DNA of 41,934 nucleotides from a virus: UHGV virus genome UHGV-0119548; one strand, 5' to 3'. Shown piece by piece: positions 17,610 to 26,177 of this stretch (position 1 is its first letter; each line of letters starts with the position of its first letter). The notes under the pieces were generated by a model. It saw only the letters and a program-made list of their open reading frames with translations, ran no database searches and was not told where the DNA came from. The position numbers and the translations under genes were made by a program.

Positions 17610-18896
17610 TTATGCGAAATAGTTGTTAATGTCAGGGGTGGCAGGTTTATTTCCACCAGCGGCGGAGTTTGCTGCCATCGGTGCGGCTTTGCCCAGGGAT
17701 TTAAACATTGCTTCTAACGCTTCACCACTTAAAGCGTTAGCAACAATTTCGCCGTGTACTTTTGCTACTGCGGCGCGTTTTTCTGCTTCTTCTTTATTTG
17801 CGTTTGCTGCAATTTCTTCTTTAATTGCTTTCTGGTTGGTCTGTAATTCTTCAACGCTTGCCTGTACTGGTTTAAGTGCTTCAGCTACTGCATTGGCGAT
17901 ATTAGCGGATAAACCTTCGTTAATTTCTTTTACCAGTTCGGCGCGTTCTTCTTTGGTCAAAGGCATGGGATCGTCCTCCGATTTATTGGCCTTAATTTTT
18001 TCATTCAGGGAGAAAAGATTAGACAGGTGTTCAGCGAACTGAGCGAACCATGATTTACTTTCCTCATTGGTTGCAAGCTCGCCATTATTGAGAGTAATTT
18101 TATCAGCCTGTTTTTGGTAGTTGTATTTTTCCGCGTAATTTTTATTAGTGGCAATTGTCACTTCTTTGTCAGTGAAGTCTACGACATAGACATAATCGGC
18201 ATCAGGAAGTAATTCACGCGCCGCTTCTGTCAGTTGTCTTTCAAGCGTGCGATAACTGTTTTCTTTCATTGCCACCGCCATTAAAGGCTTCGCCTGGTCA
18301 GTGTTAACCATCAGGCCAACGCCCTGTTCTGGCGACGCTGCTGGCGGTTCATGCAGTAAGATAGCGTCATGGTCGATAGACATGATTTTGACAACGCTGT
18401 CAGCACCCTGGGCTTTCATCTCTTCGGTGGCTGGCATACGCTGACGATATACGGCTACAGATGACCAGATCGGATCTTTGCTTTCGCCTTTTTCCAGCGC
18501 TTCCAGTCGGCTTAATAATTCGCGGCCTTGTTCTGAATGGCTGGCGGTTTCAACATCCACCCATTTTTCCACATAAACACGGTTGCCACGTAATTCAACA
18601 TTTCTGTTCCATGCACCACAAAAGCCAATATTCAGACCTTCCGGGCTAAATGCGGAAACAAATTCACCGTCAACCGTAGGATGTCCCAGCGGTGCGAGCG
18701 TGCCTTCCAGAGATTGATAATTAGCAATGATTTCAGCTTCCGGGTAATATTCCCGATTCATAACGATATTGAAGGGCAATGTATATGACGGAACAACAAT
18801 ATGCTCACGCCCGTTATACGTTTCCCGGCGGATGGTATTAGCGGTTAATTTGGTATTAACCTGAATCAATTCTTTATTCACGATTTTTACTCCCAA
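17610..18896 (-). CDS. putative scaffold / prohead core protein (428 aa)
   Basis: position before capsid; C-terminal half is alpha-helical and Ala/Glu/Lys-rich like scaffolding proteins. Confidence 0.5.
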   Translation of the reverse strand: MGVKIVNKELIQVNTKLTANTIRRETYNGREHIVVPSYTLPFNIVMNREYYPEAEIIANYQSLEGTLAPLGHPTVDGEFVSAFSPEGLNIGFCGAWNRNVELRGNRVYVEKWVDVETASHSEQGRELLSRLEALEKGESKDPIWSSVAVYRQRMPATEEMKAQGADSVVKIMSIDHDAILLHEPPAASPEQGVGLMVNTDQAKPLMAVAMKENSYRTLERQLTEAARELLPDADYVYVVDFTDKEVTIATNKNYAEKYNYQKQADKITLNNGELATNEESKSWFAQFAEHLSNLFSLNEKIKANKSEDDPMPLTKEERAELVKEINEGLSANIANAVAEALKPVQASVEELQTNQKAIKEEIAANANKEEAEKRAAVAKVHGEIVANALSGEALEAMFKSLGKAAPMAANSAAGGNKPATPDINNYFA

Positions 18897-19831
18897 TCTT
18901 CGCCATATTTAGCGTGCGCAACCTTATAGTTTTCTTGCGCCCGTTCTAATATTCGTTTGTTTAATATATTACCGTCTTCGTCAACTAATACGGTAATAGT
19001 GCTGCATTTGCAGTTAATTGAATTAGGGGATCTACTCCACCATTCGCGCTGCTCTTCTATGGTGTATGTTTTCCCGTGTCGCTGTGCGTGTGATAGCCTG
19101 GTAGTCGGTGACAATGCCGAAATGTGCATTTGCATAGTGCGCAAGTTAAGCTCATCCGATGCGGCTTCTGCCTCATCCATACGCGCTGTGCGCAACGCTG
19201 TACATATTTCAGTGCGGGCAATACGTTTGCACCTGTATAGCGGCAATTGCGTTTCCTGCTGCAATGTGCGCGCTATTTCTAGTGGGTTTAGGCCACGGGC
19301 CATGCCTTCGGTTAATCGGCGGGCCATATCCTTCTTGATCTGTGCGGTAAGCCCGCGCATCTCTTCAAATACACGGGTACGAACCAGGGCAAGGCGTGTG
19401 CGATATGTCTGACTGGTTAATACCGCAGACACTTCAGGGTAAGCCCTTGAATATGTGACTGACTGATTAGCAAGGTTGGCGTATTCCTGAGAAGTGCCGC
19501 GCTGATATGCCACCTTTACGTATTCCTGCCAGAACCAGAAGTTTTCCGGGTCGGTTAACTCGAATATCTCATCAATCATGTCGCTGGCGTCTTCCAGCAA
19601 ATCATGTAATTCGTCGATGTAGATCTGGAAAGTGTATTTCTTATTAACAGCCAGGCTATATTGTATTCTGTCCAGTATGGAGATATACGGATCCGCAACT
19701 TTCTTCAGGCAGGCTTTAAAACGCTTGATAGCTCCCGACCGTAACTTACCTGTCATGGTCGGGTCTTCGGTGTTAGATGGCATTATCGCGGCTGGAGGTA
19801 TTCGCCTGATTATCTTCTTCACCTTCATCAT
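18887..19831 (-). CDS. head morphogenesis protein (SPP1 gp7 / Mu F-like minor capsid protein)
   Basis: position immediately after portal; start taken at ATG 19831 with GGAAGAGGAAGG RBS (track start is TTG at 19852). Confidence 0.7.
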   Translation of the reverse strand: MMKVKKIIRRIPPAAIMPSNTEDPTMTGKLRSGAIKRFKACLKKVADPYISILDRIQYSLAVNKKYTFQIYIDELHDLLEDASDMIDEIFELTDPENFWFWQEYVKVAYQRGTSQEYANLANQSVTYSRAYPEVSAVLTSQTYRTRLALVRTRVFEEMRGLTAQIKKDMARRLTEGMARGLNPLEIARTLQQETQLPLYRCKRIARTEICTALRTARMDEAEAASDELNLRTMQMHISALSPTTRLSHAQRHGKTYTIEEQREWWSRSPNSINCKCSTITVLVDEDGNILNKRILERAQENYKVAHAKYGEDWE

Positions 19832-21143
19832 CGCCTTCCTCTTCCGTTTCAACTACACTGGCAGGGCCATCGTATCCGGCAGCCTCGCGGATCTCGTCAC
19901 CGCTAAATATTTCTTCACCAGTAGCCAAACAAGCCTGATTGATTTGTGCCATTTTGTATGCCGCCTCCAGTAGTTCAGCTTTGGTCATGGCGTTCAGGTC
20001 GTCCCATATAACTGATACGTCAATTGGCATACTGATAAGGCGGAGATCTGCCATCTTGCGGAATAGATCCTCAAGCTCACCGCCGATTTCCTCCCTGCGT
20101 GTCATACAGCGGCTGTTGAAATAGCGCAAATCTTCGGTTGATGCACGTTCGCCCTGCTGGTTCCCAACCAGGATGCGGGTCGGAATATCAATACCAGCGG
20201 CAGCGGTTTGCAGGTTGACGTCATAGGTTGCTGACGGGTCAGATACGGCAGTTACCAGCGGGCTTACTGTTGCCCCCTGTAATGCCATCATCACATCATT
20301 ACCCTTATTCATTTCAGCCGCTGCCTCATTGAATCTTTCGCGTAACTCTGTGACGTCGCAACCGTATGTTGCAGCCAGGGAGCGGAAGTCAATATCTTTA
20401 TCGAATGAGATAGCAAGCTGACGGGCGGCATTTTTCAGGAATGATTCACCACTACCACCTTCCACTTTCTCCAGTGACACAAAGGCGTTATAGGAAGGTT
20501 CAAGGAAAGCGATGGCATCATCAGAATAGTCGCCAAAGATAAATATGCGGTCAGGGTGGATCTTTCTGGCAATGGTCTTACTGTTAATGCGTTCCTTGTA
20601 TTCCCACCATGTAGGCAGGCCATAATTTTCACTGTTCGGGTCTTCTTCGAACTCCTTCGGCGTAAGAGCACCAGCCCATACCGGGGTAAATTTGGCAATG
20701 CCTACGCCTTTTGTCACTGGCTGATCCCACGGCTGGTTATCTCTTACATGAATCAACAGGCCAGCATAACGACCAATGAGGCGGCGGCGGTCACATTCGG
20801 CAATGGTGCGCCAAAATCTGTTATCAAACCGTTTCTTGATTTCTCTTTCCCAGGGTGTTTCTGTTTCCGCTTTCTCGTCTTCTGTTCCCTCTATCATCGT
20901 TGGTCTGGTGCGCCAGCAAGTCGTGATGATTTTCTCAATAGCACCGTGAGCAATACCACCGCGACGATACAGTTTGTATAGATCGTCATACGTGATTTCT
21001 TCCTTGAATCCGTATTCACTCCACGCAGCATCACGTTTGGCATCTATCCCCATAGTGAATGGGTGTGCTGCTGCATAGCGGGCATAGGCCGCCTGACGTT
21101 GTGACAAGGCAGCATTAACCGCCAATTCTAAATTGGATGGCAT
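19773..21143 (-). CDS. portal protein (about 456 aa)
   Basis: follows terminase large subunit; acidic C-terminal tail; start at ATG 21143 with AGGAG RBS (track ATG 21164 has no RBS). Confidence 0.85.
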   Translation of the reverse strand: MPSNLELAVNAALSQRQAAYARYAAAHPFTMGIDAKRDAAWSEYGFKEEITYDDLYKLYRRGGIAHGAIEKIITTCWRTRPTMIEGTEDEKAETETPWEREIKKRFDNRFWRTIAECDRRRLIGRYAGLLIHVRDNQPWDQPVTKGVGIAKFTPVWAGALTPKEFEEDPNSENYGLPTWWEYKERINSKTIARKIHPDRIFIFGDYSDDAIAFLEPSYNAFVSLEKVEGGSGESFLKNAARQLAISFDKDIDFRSLAATYGCDVTELRERFNEAAAEMNKGNDVMMALQGATVSPLVTAVSDPSATYDVNLQTAAAGIDIPTRILVGNQQGERASTEDLRYFNSRCMTRREEIGGELEDLFRKMADLRLISMPIDVSVIWDDLNAMTKAELLEAAYKMAQINQACLATGEEIFSGDEIREAAGYDGPASVVETEEEGDDEGEEDNQANTSSRDNAI

Positions 21144-21165
21144 AATGTTTACTCCTGAATACATG

Positions 21166-21190
21166 TTTACGCGTTGCTACGCGAAAAATA
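21166..21190 (-). promoter_or_regulatory. conserved 25-nt element, copy 2, upstream of portal
   Basis: TTTACGCGTTGCTACGCGAAAAATA; matches 8882-8906 at 23 of 25 positions. Confidence 0.35.
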
Positions 21191-21254
21191 GAAAAACTTG
21201 TGGGTAGTTGTGAGTCAGATTTTGTGTAGCTAATTGAGAATTATTCTTGTTCAT

Positions 21255-21273
21255 CTTCGAAAATTTTTCGAAG
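21255..21273. promoter_or_regulatory. perfect 19-nt palindrome CTTCGAAAA-T-TTTTCGAAG between terminase and portal
   Basis: seen directly; AT-rich, 18 nt downstream of terminase large stop. Confidence 0.3.
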
Positions 21274-21291
21274 TTGATAATAATCAATAAC

Positions 21292-22776
21292 TTAAAACCC
21301 TCGCAGGCGCTTCGGTAACATGAGGCCCATCGCCTGTGGCTGGCTTAGTTCAGTGATACCCCATACCATCGCATCCATACGGTCAGGGGATTTTTTAGCG
21401 GTAGCTGGCACGTATTCCATCATTTGATTTTCCAGCGTATATAGCTCACCAGTGTGTGCCACCCTTCCTTGTGCATACAGTGCTGATATTGGTTCGGCGC
21501 GGGCGAATTTACCTTTGCTTGCGTGCACCTTAACAATGCGGCCTTTGAATCCTGCATTGCGTAGCGTGGCCTCTGCCATGTCACCGCCCTGGTTGGTTTC
21601 GATAACTATCGCGTCAGCTTCATGGATGTCATAAGCGTTCATTGCTGCTTGCGCCCAGTCGTTAGGCGACATGCGGCCTGAATAGTCACCGTCTACTGAA
21701 TACTGTGCGTACTTGCCGCCACCATAAGCGGAACACGCCATGATCCCCGTTTCGTCTGACTCATCAGATGATGTTGTCGCAGGGTCAATAGCTATCACAG
21801 TGCGGATTTTCTCCTGCGTTATCTGCATCCGGTGCGCGGCGGTAATCATCGCCTCTGTCCACAACGCACCCTCTTCGTCGAATTTACGCGGGCGCTGCAT
21901 GTACTGGGCCTCAAATGACCGTCTGTGTGCCTTCAGTCCAGCTTCATGGGCGTCATTGTGCTTTTTAGGCCATAGCCAGCCATCTGGCAGGTTATGAGGA
22001 ATGGGGATAGCGAACTCGTTTTCAGGATACAAATCCCGGTAGTCAACGCTGTTGTCGATTTTCACTGGCAGGTTCAAGTGATACCACTTTTCACCGCTTC
22101 CACCGCGTAGCAGGTAGCCGGACAAATCATCGTAGTGGATGCGCTGCATGATGACGATGACAGGCGTTGTTTGCACCGCCAGACGTGAAGCAAGCGTGTC
22201 GTTGTAGTTGGTGTTTACCTGCTTTCTCACCACGTCAGAGTAAGCGTCAGCGGGTTTTAATGGGTCGTCGATGATTAACGCACCGTTAAATCCCGGTTCC
22301 ATATACCCAGCACGGAACCCAGTTACCTGGCCCAGCGATGACGTTGCATACACGCCGCCACCGTATTCAGTCCACCACATCGATTTTGAGTTAGCATCGT
22401 TGCGGATCTTCATGGGCCACATTGCCTGGTATTCAGGCGTACAGATCATGTTTCTTACGGTCGAGGAGTTGAGTAACGCAAGGTTATTGGAATAGGAAAC
22501 GTGAAGGAATCTTGTGCGGGGATTTATTGCGAGGGACCGTGCCATCATGTTGATGGTAGCGATCATGGTTTTACCGTACCCTGGGGGAATGTTGATGATG
22601 AGTCGGGTTATCTCACCATTGACAACGCGTTGCAGTGCGTCGCGGATAGCTAAGTGATGGCCTGATAGTAACATCTTCGTTCCGTTCGCTTGCTTGTAGA
22701 AGTAGCGATTGAAAAACAGGCCATCGTTTTCACATTTGGACTGAATAACTCGTTCTTTGATTGTCAACATAATCAC
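21292..22776 (-). CDS. terminase large subunit (494 aa)
   Basis: Walker A-like PPGYGKT, Walker B-like LIIDDP, C-terminal nuclease-like acidic residues; overlaps small-subunit gene. Confidence 0.9.
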   Translation of the reverse strand: MIMLTIKERVIQSKCENDGLFFNRYFYKQANGTKMLLSGHHLAIRDALQRVVNGEITRLIINIPPGYGKTMIATINMMARSLAINPRTRFLHVSYSNNLALLNSSTVRNMICTPEYQAMWPMKIRNDANSKSMWWTEYGGGVYATSSLGQVTGFRAGYMEPGFNGALIIDDPLKPADAYSDVVRKQVNTNYNDTLASRLAVQTTPVIVIMQRIHYDDLSGYLLRGGSGEKWYHLNLPVKIDNSVDYRDLYPENEFAIPIPHNLPDGWLWPKKHNDAHEAGLKAHRRSFEAQYMQRPRKFDEEGALWTEAMITAAHRMQITQEKIRTVIAIDPATTSSDESDETGIMACSAYGGGKYAQYSVDGDYSGRMSPNDWAQAAMNAYDIHEADAIVIETNQGGDMAEATLRNAGFKGRIVKVHASKGKFARAEPISALYAQGRVAHTGELYTLENQMMEYVPATAKKSPDRMDAMVWGITELSQPQAMGLMLPKRLRGF

Positions 22777-23258
22777 ACCTCATCTTCTACTTCCTGAACG
22801 ATGCGGGCGATCTCTTCTTTCGTTACTTCAACCTGGACGGGCGCTTCCTCCCTGTTGCCTACGATCTCCTGCGTTACGCGTTCACCATATTTACGCGGTT
22901 GCAGTTTTGCCAATAGCCATTTACGGGTTTCAATCATCAGTTGATGGCGGCGGCATTGGTCTTTATCAGTGTTCTCCGCTGCGTCGGCTATATCGATAAT
23001 CTCATCAGCCAATACCTCAAAACCGATCTCCTTCGCGCGCATGTACATGTCCGAGAACTCTGGCACGTCTCTGAACCATTTAAGAATTGTTGAACGCGCA
23101 GGCATATCGGGCATCTTAGAAATTTTGTTAATGCTCTGACCGTCCGCCACCAGCTCACAGATTTCTAATGCCTTCTCTTCGGTATAACCATGCGGACGGC
23201 CCGTCTTTTTGGATGCTGGCTTTTTATCGTCAGCCTTTGCCTTTTTAGTGCGGGCCAT
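22773..23258 (-). CDS. terminase small subunit (161 aa)
   Basis: basic N-terminus with HTH-like segment, acidic C-terminus, ATGA coupling to large subunit; RBS AAGAGGTGA. Confidence 0.7.
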   Translation of the reverse strand: MARTKKAKADDKKPASKKTGRPHGYTEEKALEICELVADGQSINKISKMPDMPARSTILKWFRDVPEFSDMYMRAKEIGFEVLADEIIDIADAAENTDKDQCRRHQLMIETRKWLLAKLQPRKYGERVTQEIVGNREEAPVQVEVTKEEIARIVQEVEDEV

Positions 23259-23351
23259 AATTCACCTCTTAAAACCATTTACACAGAATATATAAACACG
23301 CGATCAGCGTCGCGCAGTATGTTAATACTTCCAACCAGTCGAATAGCTCTT

Positions 23352-23495
23352 TCATTGTTGCCCCTTAAATATACGCTTCGCTTCTCTGTAAATTAGCGCA
23401 CCAGTCATTACAATCACGTATACACACAGCATTAACGCAACGATAAGCACACCAGAGCAAAGCAAGAACATAAGCAGATCGATAAATTCCGGCAT
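23352..23495 (-). CDS. micro-ORF I: membrane peptide (47 aa)
   Basis: RBS GAGGTGG 4 nt before ATG; MPEFIDLLMFLLCSGVLIVALMLCVYVIVMTGALIYREAKRIFKGQQ. Confidence 0.45.
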   Translation of the reverse strand: MPEFIDLLMFLLCSGVLIVALMLCVYVIVMTGALIYREAKRIFKGQQ

Positions 23496-23504
23496 ATTGC
23501 CACC

Positions 23505-23576
23505 TCACATAACAGAAAGTGCCCAGGTCATAAGGATGATGAACAAAACCATGCAGATAAAATCCAACTCTTTCAT
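23505..23576 (-). CDS. micro-ORF H: hydrophobic peptide (23 aa)
   Basis: RBS AGGTGG; MKELDFICMVLFIILMTWALSVM; paralog of F and G. Confidence 0.45.
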   Translation of the reverse strand: MKELDFICMVLFIILMTWALSVM

Positions 23577-23585
23577 GTTGTCCAC

Positions 23586-23654
23586 CTACTGAGTCAGTGC
23601 AATCATAGTGAGAACAATCGCGACAACCAGGAAAAAGAAATCAAGCCATTTCAT
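23586..23654 (-). CDS. micro-ORF G: hydrophobic peptide (22 aa)
   Basis: RBS AGGGG; MKWLDFFFLVVAIVLTMIALTQ. Confidence 0.45.
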   Translation of the reverse strand: MKWLDFFFLVVAIVLTMIALTQ

Positions 23655-23670
23655 TTTTAACCCCTGCGAT

Positions 23671-23742
23671 TCAGTTAACGCTTAAAAGCACCGCAACGAT
23701 GACGATCACTATAATCATGCAAAAGAAGTCTGCTTCTCTCAT
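23671..23742 (-). CDS. micro-ORF F: hydrophobic peptide (23 aa)
   Basis: RBS GAGGG; ATGA overlap with E stop; MREADFFCMIIVIVIVAVLLSVN. Confidence 0.45.
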   Translation of the reverse strand: MREADFFCMIIVIVIVAVLLSVN

Positions 23743-23819
23743 CTTTTTAACCCTCGATAAAAATCAACAGCAATAACTGTAATAACAGCCACCAGCAATA
23801 GCATTTCGTATGCGTTCAT
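23739..23819 (-). CDS. micro-ORF E: hydrophobic peptide (26 aa)
   Basis: RBS AGGTGA; MNAYEMLLLVAVITVIAVDFYRGLKR. Confidence 0.4.
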   Translation of the reverse strand: MNAYEMLLLVAVITVIAVDFYRGLKR

Positions 23820-23826
23820 GCTTCAC

Positions 23827-23901
23827 CTATACAACATTCTTCCACCAGAAATAGATAATGACGGCGACCAACGACCACCAGATGAGATCGTAAATATTTA
23901 T
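23827..23901 (-). pseudogene. micro-ORF D: paralog copy lacking a canonical start codon
   Basis: frame encodes INIYDLIWWSLVAVIIYFWWKNVV (compare E: MNAYEM...) but begins ATA, with no in-frame ATG/GTG/TTG. Confidence 0.25.
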
Positions 23902-23912
23902 GGTGAATACCT

Positions 23913-23987
23913 TCAGCTTTCAATGAATATCATGATCGCCAGCCATACAGCGACGCAGGCAGAAAGGATAATTAGCGGGTCAATCAT
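23913..23987 (-). CDS. micro-ORF C: hydrophobic peptide (24 aa)
   Basis: RBS GGGGTGG; MIDPLIILSACVAVWLAIMIFIES. Confidence 0.4.
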   Translation of the reverse strand: MIDPLIILSACVAVWLAIMIFIES

Positions 23988-24000
23988 CTTGCCACCCCAT

Positions 24001-24096
24001 CTAATACTTGCTTTTTACGGTTATCAGTACGGCAATAACAAAACTCACCAGAAATACAGAAATACCAATTAATCCGGCGATGATGTAAGCGTCCAT
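24001..24096 (-). CDS. micro-ORF B: hydrophobic peptide (31 aa)
   Basis: junction CGAGGCTGATTATG identical to A; MDAYIIAGLIGISVFLVSFVIAVLITVKSKY. Confidence 0.45.
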   Translation of the reverse strand: MDAYIIAGLIGISVFLVSFVIAVLITVKSKY

Positions 24097-24098
24097 AA

Positions 24099-24188
24099 TC
24101 AGCCTCGCATAGACATAATCACCATAAACAGGCAAATAATGAATCCGAACGCCACGCCACCCATAAACGTTAATATTGACGCAATCAT
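24099..24188 (-). CDS. micro-ORF A: hydrophobic peptide (29 aa)
   Basis: ATG 2 nt after stop of 24191-24733 with GAGG RBS; MIASILTFMGGVAFGFIICLFMVIMSMRG. Confidence 0.45.
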   Translation of the reverse strand: MIASILTFMGGVAFGFIICLFMVIMSMRG

Positions 24189-24190
24189 AA

Positions 24191-24733
24191 TCAGCCTCGT
24201 TTAAAGCTCATTACGCGCGGCACATACGCTTCTTTTGCTTTGGGCTTACGTTTGCCTTTCTTCGCGGGTTTTTCCTCTTCCTTCGGCTGTTCTGCCTGTT
24301 CCAGCGCCTGATCGACGACTTCTGCCGCCTGCATTGCTGCAACCTGTGCTTCGTTTGATTCTGCTATGATAGGGAAAAACGCATCGAAGATACGGTCTAC
24401 CATGTAAGCGTAAGTCTCATTCGCCGGATGGGTAGGATCCGTGGTAGCCACGACGCCTACATCACTTAAAACGTGGAATGTAGTGTGGGCGCATTCATGG
24501 ACCAGCGTTCCCAACTCATTGTTGAATACTGCGATCACGTAGAAGTTACCACCATTCTCGCCAGTGCAAGTAAGCGTTAATCCTCCAGCCAACTCGAAAT
24601 CAGGTTCAATCGGAATTCCTGCCTTTTCGCAAAATTCATAGAACATCTCGCGGGTCGGGCAAAAGAAAACAGTGGTATGCTCAAAAAGCGGGATCTTGAA
24701 GTGAGGCAACTTAATGCCTTTAGCCTTAGCCAT
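24191..24733 (-). CDS. hypothetical protein with HExxH motif (180 aa)
   Basis: motif HECAH in TLVHECAHTTFHV; Lys-rich C-terminus; RBS GGAG. Confidence 0.5.
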   Translation of the reverse strand: MAKAKGIKLPHFKIPLFEHTTVFFCPTREMFYEFCEKAGIPIEPDFELAGGLTLTCTGENGGNFYVIAVFNNELGTLVHECAHTTFHVLSDVGVVATTDPTHPANETYAYMVDRIFDAFFPIIAESNEAQVAAMQAAEVVDQALEQAEQPKEEEKPAKKGKRKPKAKEAYVPRVMSFKRG

Positions 24734-25011
24734 CAGAATAATCTCCTATTCTGAAAAATATAACCCCCGCAAAACTCGACACCGCAGGGAGTGAAAACAG
24801 CTATAAAACACTAAAAACGGCGCTGCATGAGTACCGTTTTCAGAATTTTATAAAATAGGTGGGTGGCGCTTTCTTCTACCCAGGTAGCGCCTGACCTGTT
24901 AATGGGACTGTTGATCCGGTATTACGTGTTTTTGAATTTCCGCCGTCGCTCGCGGGAAGGATTGGCCTGGTTATGGCTGGCTGGCAGAAACGGCGACACG
25001 TCCACGCGCTG
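24734..25011 (-). other. 278-nt non-coding gap downstream of lysis cassette
   Basis: no ORF with RBS on either strand; several imperfect hairpins and T-rich tracts. Confidence 0.4.
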
Positions 25012-25500
25012 TTATTCTTTGCGTAAGCACTGAGTTTTGATGTAGTCCTGAAGACCAGTAATCTGAGCGTCTTTCGTTTTTAGTTGTTCTCTGAGGGATA
25101 GATAAGCCGATTCAGCGTCGGGAGTGAGTCTACAGGAGGCTCCATCAATGCGGCTGGCGGATTCGGCGGAGTCGGACACTCGCACGGGTATTGCGTTGAC
25201 GCGCAGCCTGATAGTGCCGTTATCAATGCCAGTGCGCAGATCGGCAATGTCAGATCTGATAGCTTTAATCTCATCGTGATACCTCTTATCAAGTTTTGAC
25301 AGTTCGGCGTTTCGCTCCTTCATCTGCTGAATAGTGTTACTTGCCGTTTTCAGTACGCCTTTCGTTACCGTGACTTCTTCCTGTAACCTTGCCGCCTCAC
25401 CCTGGTAATAACATGTTACGGCGGTCAGTCCGGCAATAATGCAAACAACAGCGGCGATAATTAACGCCTTCACCTTGTCCACGTTTCCCCCCATTCGCAA
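25012..25500 (-). CDS. Rz: i-spanin Rz (162 aa)
   Basis: N-terminal TM segment [17 protein letters not shown] then coiled-coil periplasmic domain; follows endolysin; Rz1 embedded in +1 frame. Confidence 0.8.
   Translation of the reverse strand: MRMGGNVDKVKALIIAAVVCIIAGLTAVTCYYQGEAARLQEEVTVTKGVLKTASNTIQQMKERNAELSKLDKRYHDEIKAIRSDIADLRTGIDNGTIRLRVNAIPVRVSDSAESASRIDGASCRLTPDAESAYLSLREQLKTKDAQITGLQDYIKTQCLRKE
25080..25274 (-). CDS. Rz1: o-spanin Rz1 (about 64 aa lipoprotein) embedded within Rz
   Basis: [24 protein letters not shown] has lipobox LSGC; proline-rich mature part; ATG 25274 with AGAGG RBS. Confidence 0.75.
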   Translation of the reverse strand: MRLKLSDLTLPICALALITALSGCASTQYPCECPTPPNPPAALMEPPVDSLPTLNRLIYPSENN

Positions 25501-25958
25501 ACGGCATATTCAACCTCGCGGCGGTTTACCAGGCCTTGCCACTTCTTACCGCCAGCGTATACCCAGCGTTTAAGCTGTGCGCACGCTTCTGATTTCTTGC
25601 CGTCATTGAGTAGTTTTAGTAAGGTTGATGTTTTGAAGTTGGTAGCGCCTACGTTATAGGCGAATGAATAAAGTGCTGCGCGGGTAAAATCTGATATTTC
25701 GACTTTGATATATGGGTCAATCGCTTTTGCGGTCTTGTGTAGATCTTTATTTAATAAAGCATCGCATTCTGATTGCGTGTAAGTCTTACCAAGCATGATG
25801 TCTTTTCCGACGTGTCCATAACATATCGTGTAAACACCGATGACATCTCTGTATGGCTTATACTCAACGCCTTCAAGATCTTTTATCATCACCGCCGCAA
25901 TAGCGATCGCCCCACCAGCCGCCGCAACAATCTTGTTTTTCAGCGATTGGCTAATCAT
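25470..25958 (-). CDS. SAR endolysin (lysozyme-type muramidase)
   Basis: N-terminal weakly hydrophobic Gly/Ala segment [16 protein letters not shown] then catalytic spacing E-x8-D-x5-T ([17 protein letters not shown]); close to phage-21 R as recalled. Confidence 0.85.
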   Translation of the reverse strand: MISQSLKNKIVAAAGGAIAIAAVMIKDLEGVEYKPYRDVIGVYTICYGHVGKDIMLGKTYTQSECDALLNKDLHKTAKAIDPYIKVEISDFTRAALYSFAYNVGATNFKTSTLLKLLNDGKKSEACAQLKRWVYAGGKKWQGLVNRREVEYAVCEWGETWTR

Positions 25959-26159
25959 TTACTTATTCCCCATTCGCGCGTCGTGTTCCTCTTGCGCCCG
26001 CTTGTTCTCCTGTGATTTGAAGTAATAATTAACGGCAAATGTGCCTACGGTTGATAAGACACCCACAAAGACGGCAATGTCATTGATGGTTATCGCGCCG
26101 AAAAAAGCAGTTACGGCCCCAGTCACATACGCACACGCCTCCCGTATTCTGTCGAACAT
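25959..26159 (-). CDS. holin (66 aa, two TM segments; pinholin-like class II)
   Basis: two hydrophobic helices and charged C-terminus; GGAGGAAAA RBS; directly upstream of SAR endolysin. Confidence 0.65.
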   Translation of the reverse strand: MFDRIREACAYVTGAVTAFFGAITINDIAVFVGVLSTVGTFAVNYYFKSQENKRAQEEHDARMGNK

Positions 26160-26177
26160 AGATTTTCCTCCAACAAA

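Noticed and set aside
23259-23351. Possible cos site upstream of terminase small subunit
   Set aside because: Only 93 nt and no recognisable cos-like symmetry; the terminase/portal/gp7-like module is more compatible with headful packaging, so no packaging site is called.
24850-24900. Possible tRNA-like structure (GGTAGCGCC, stem GGCGCT/AGCGCC)
   Set aside because: No T-loop GTTCGAATCC-like motif, no acceptor stem complementarity, and no CCA context; just an imperfect hairpin.
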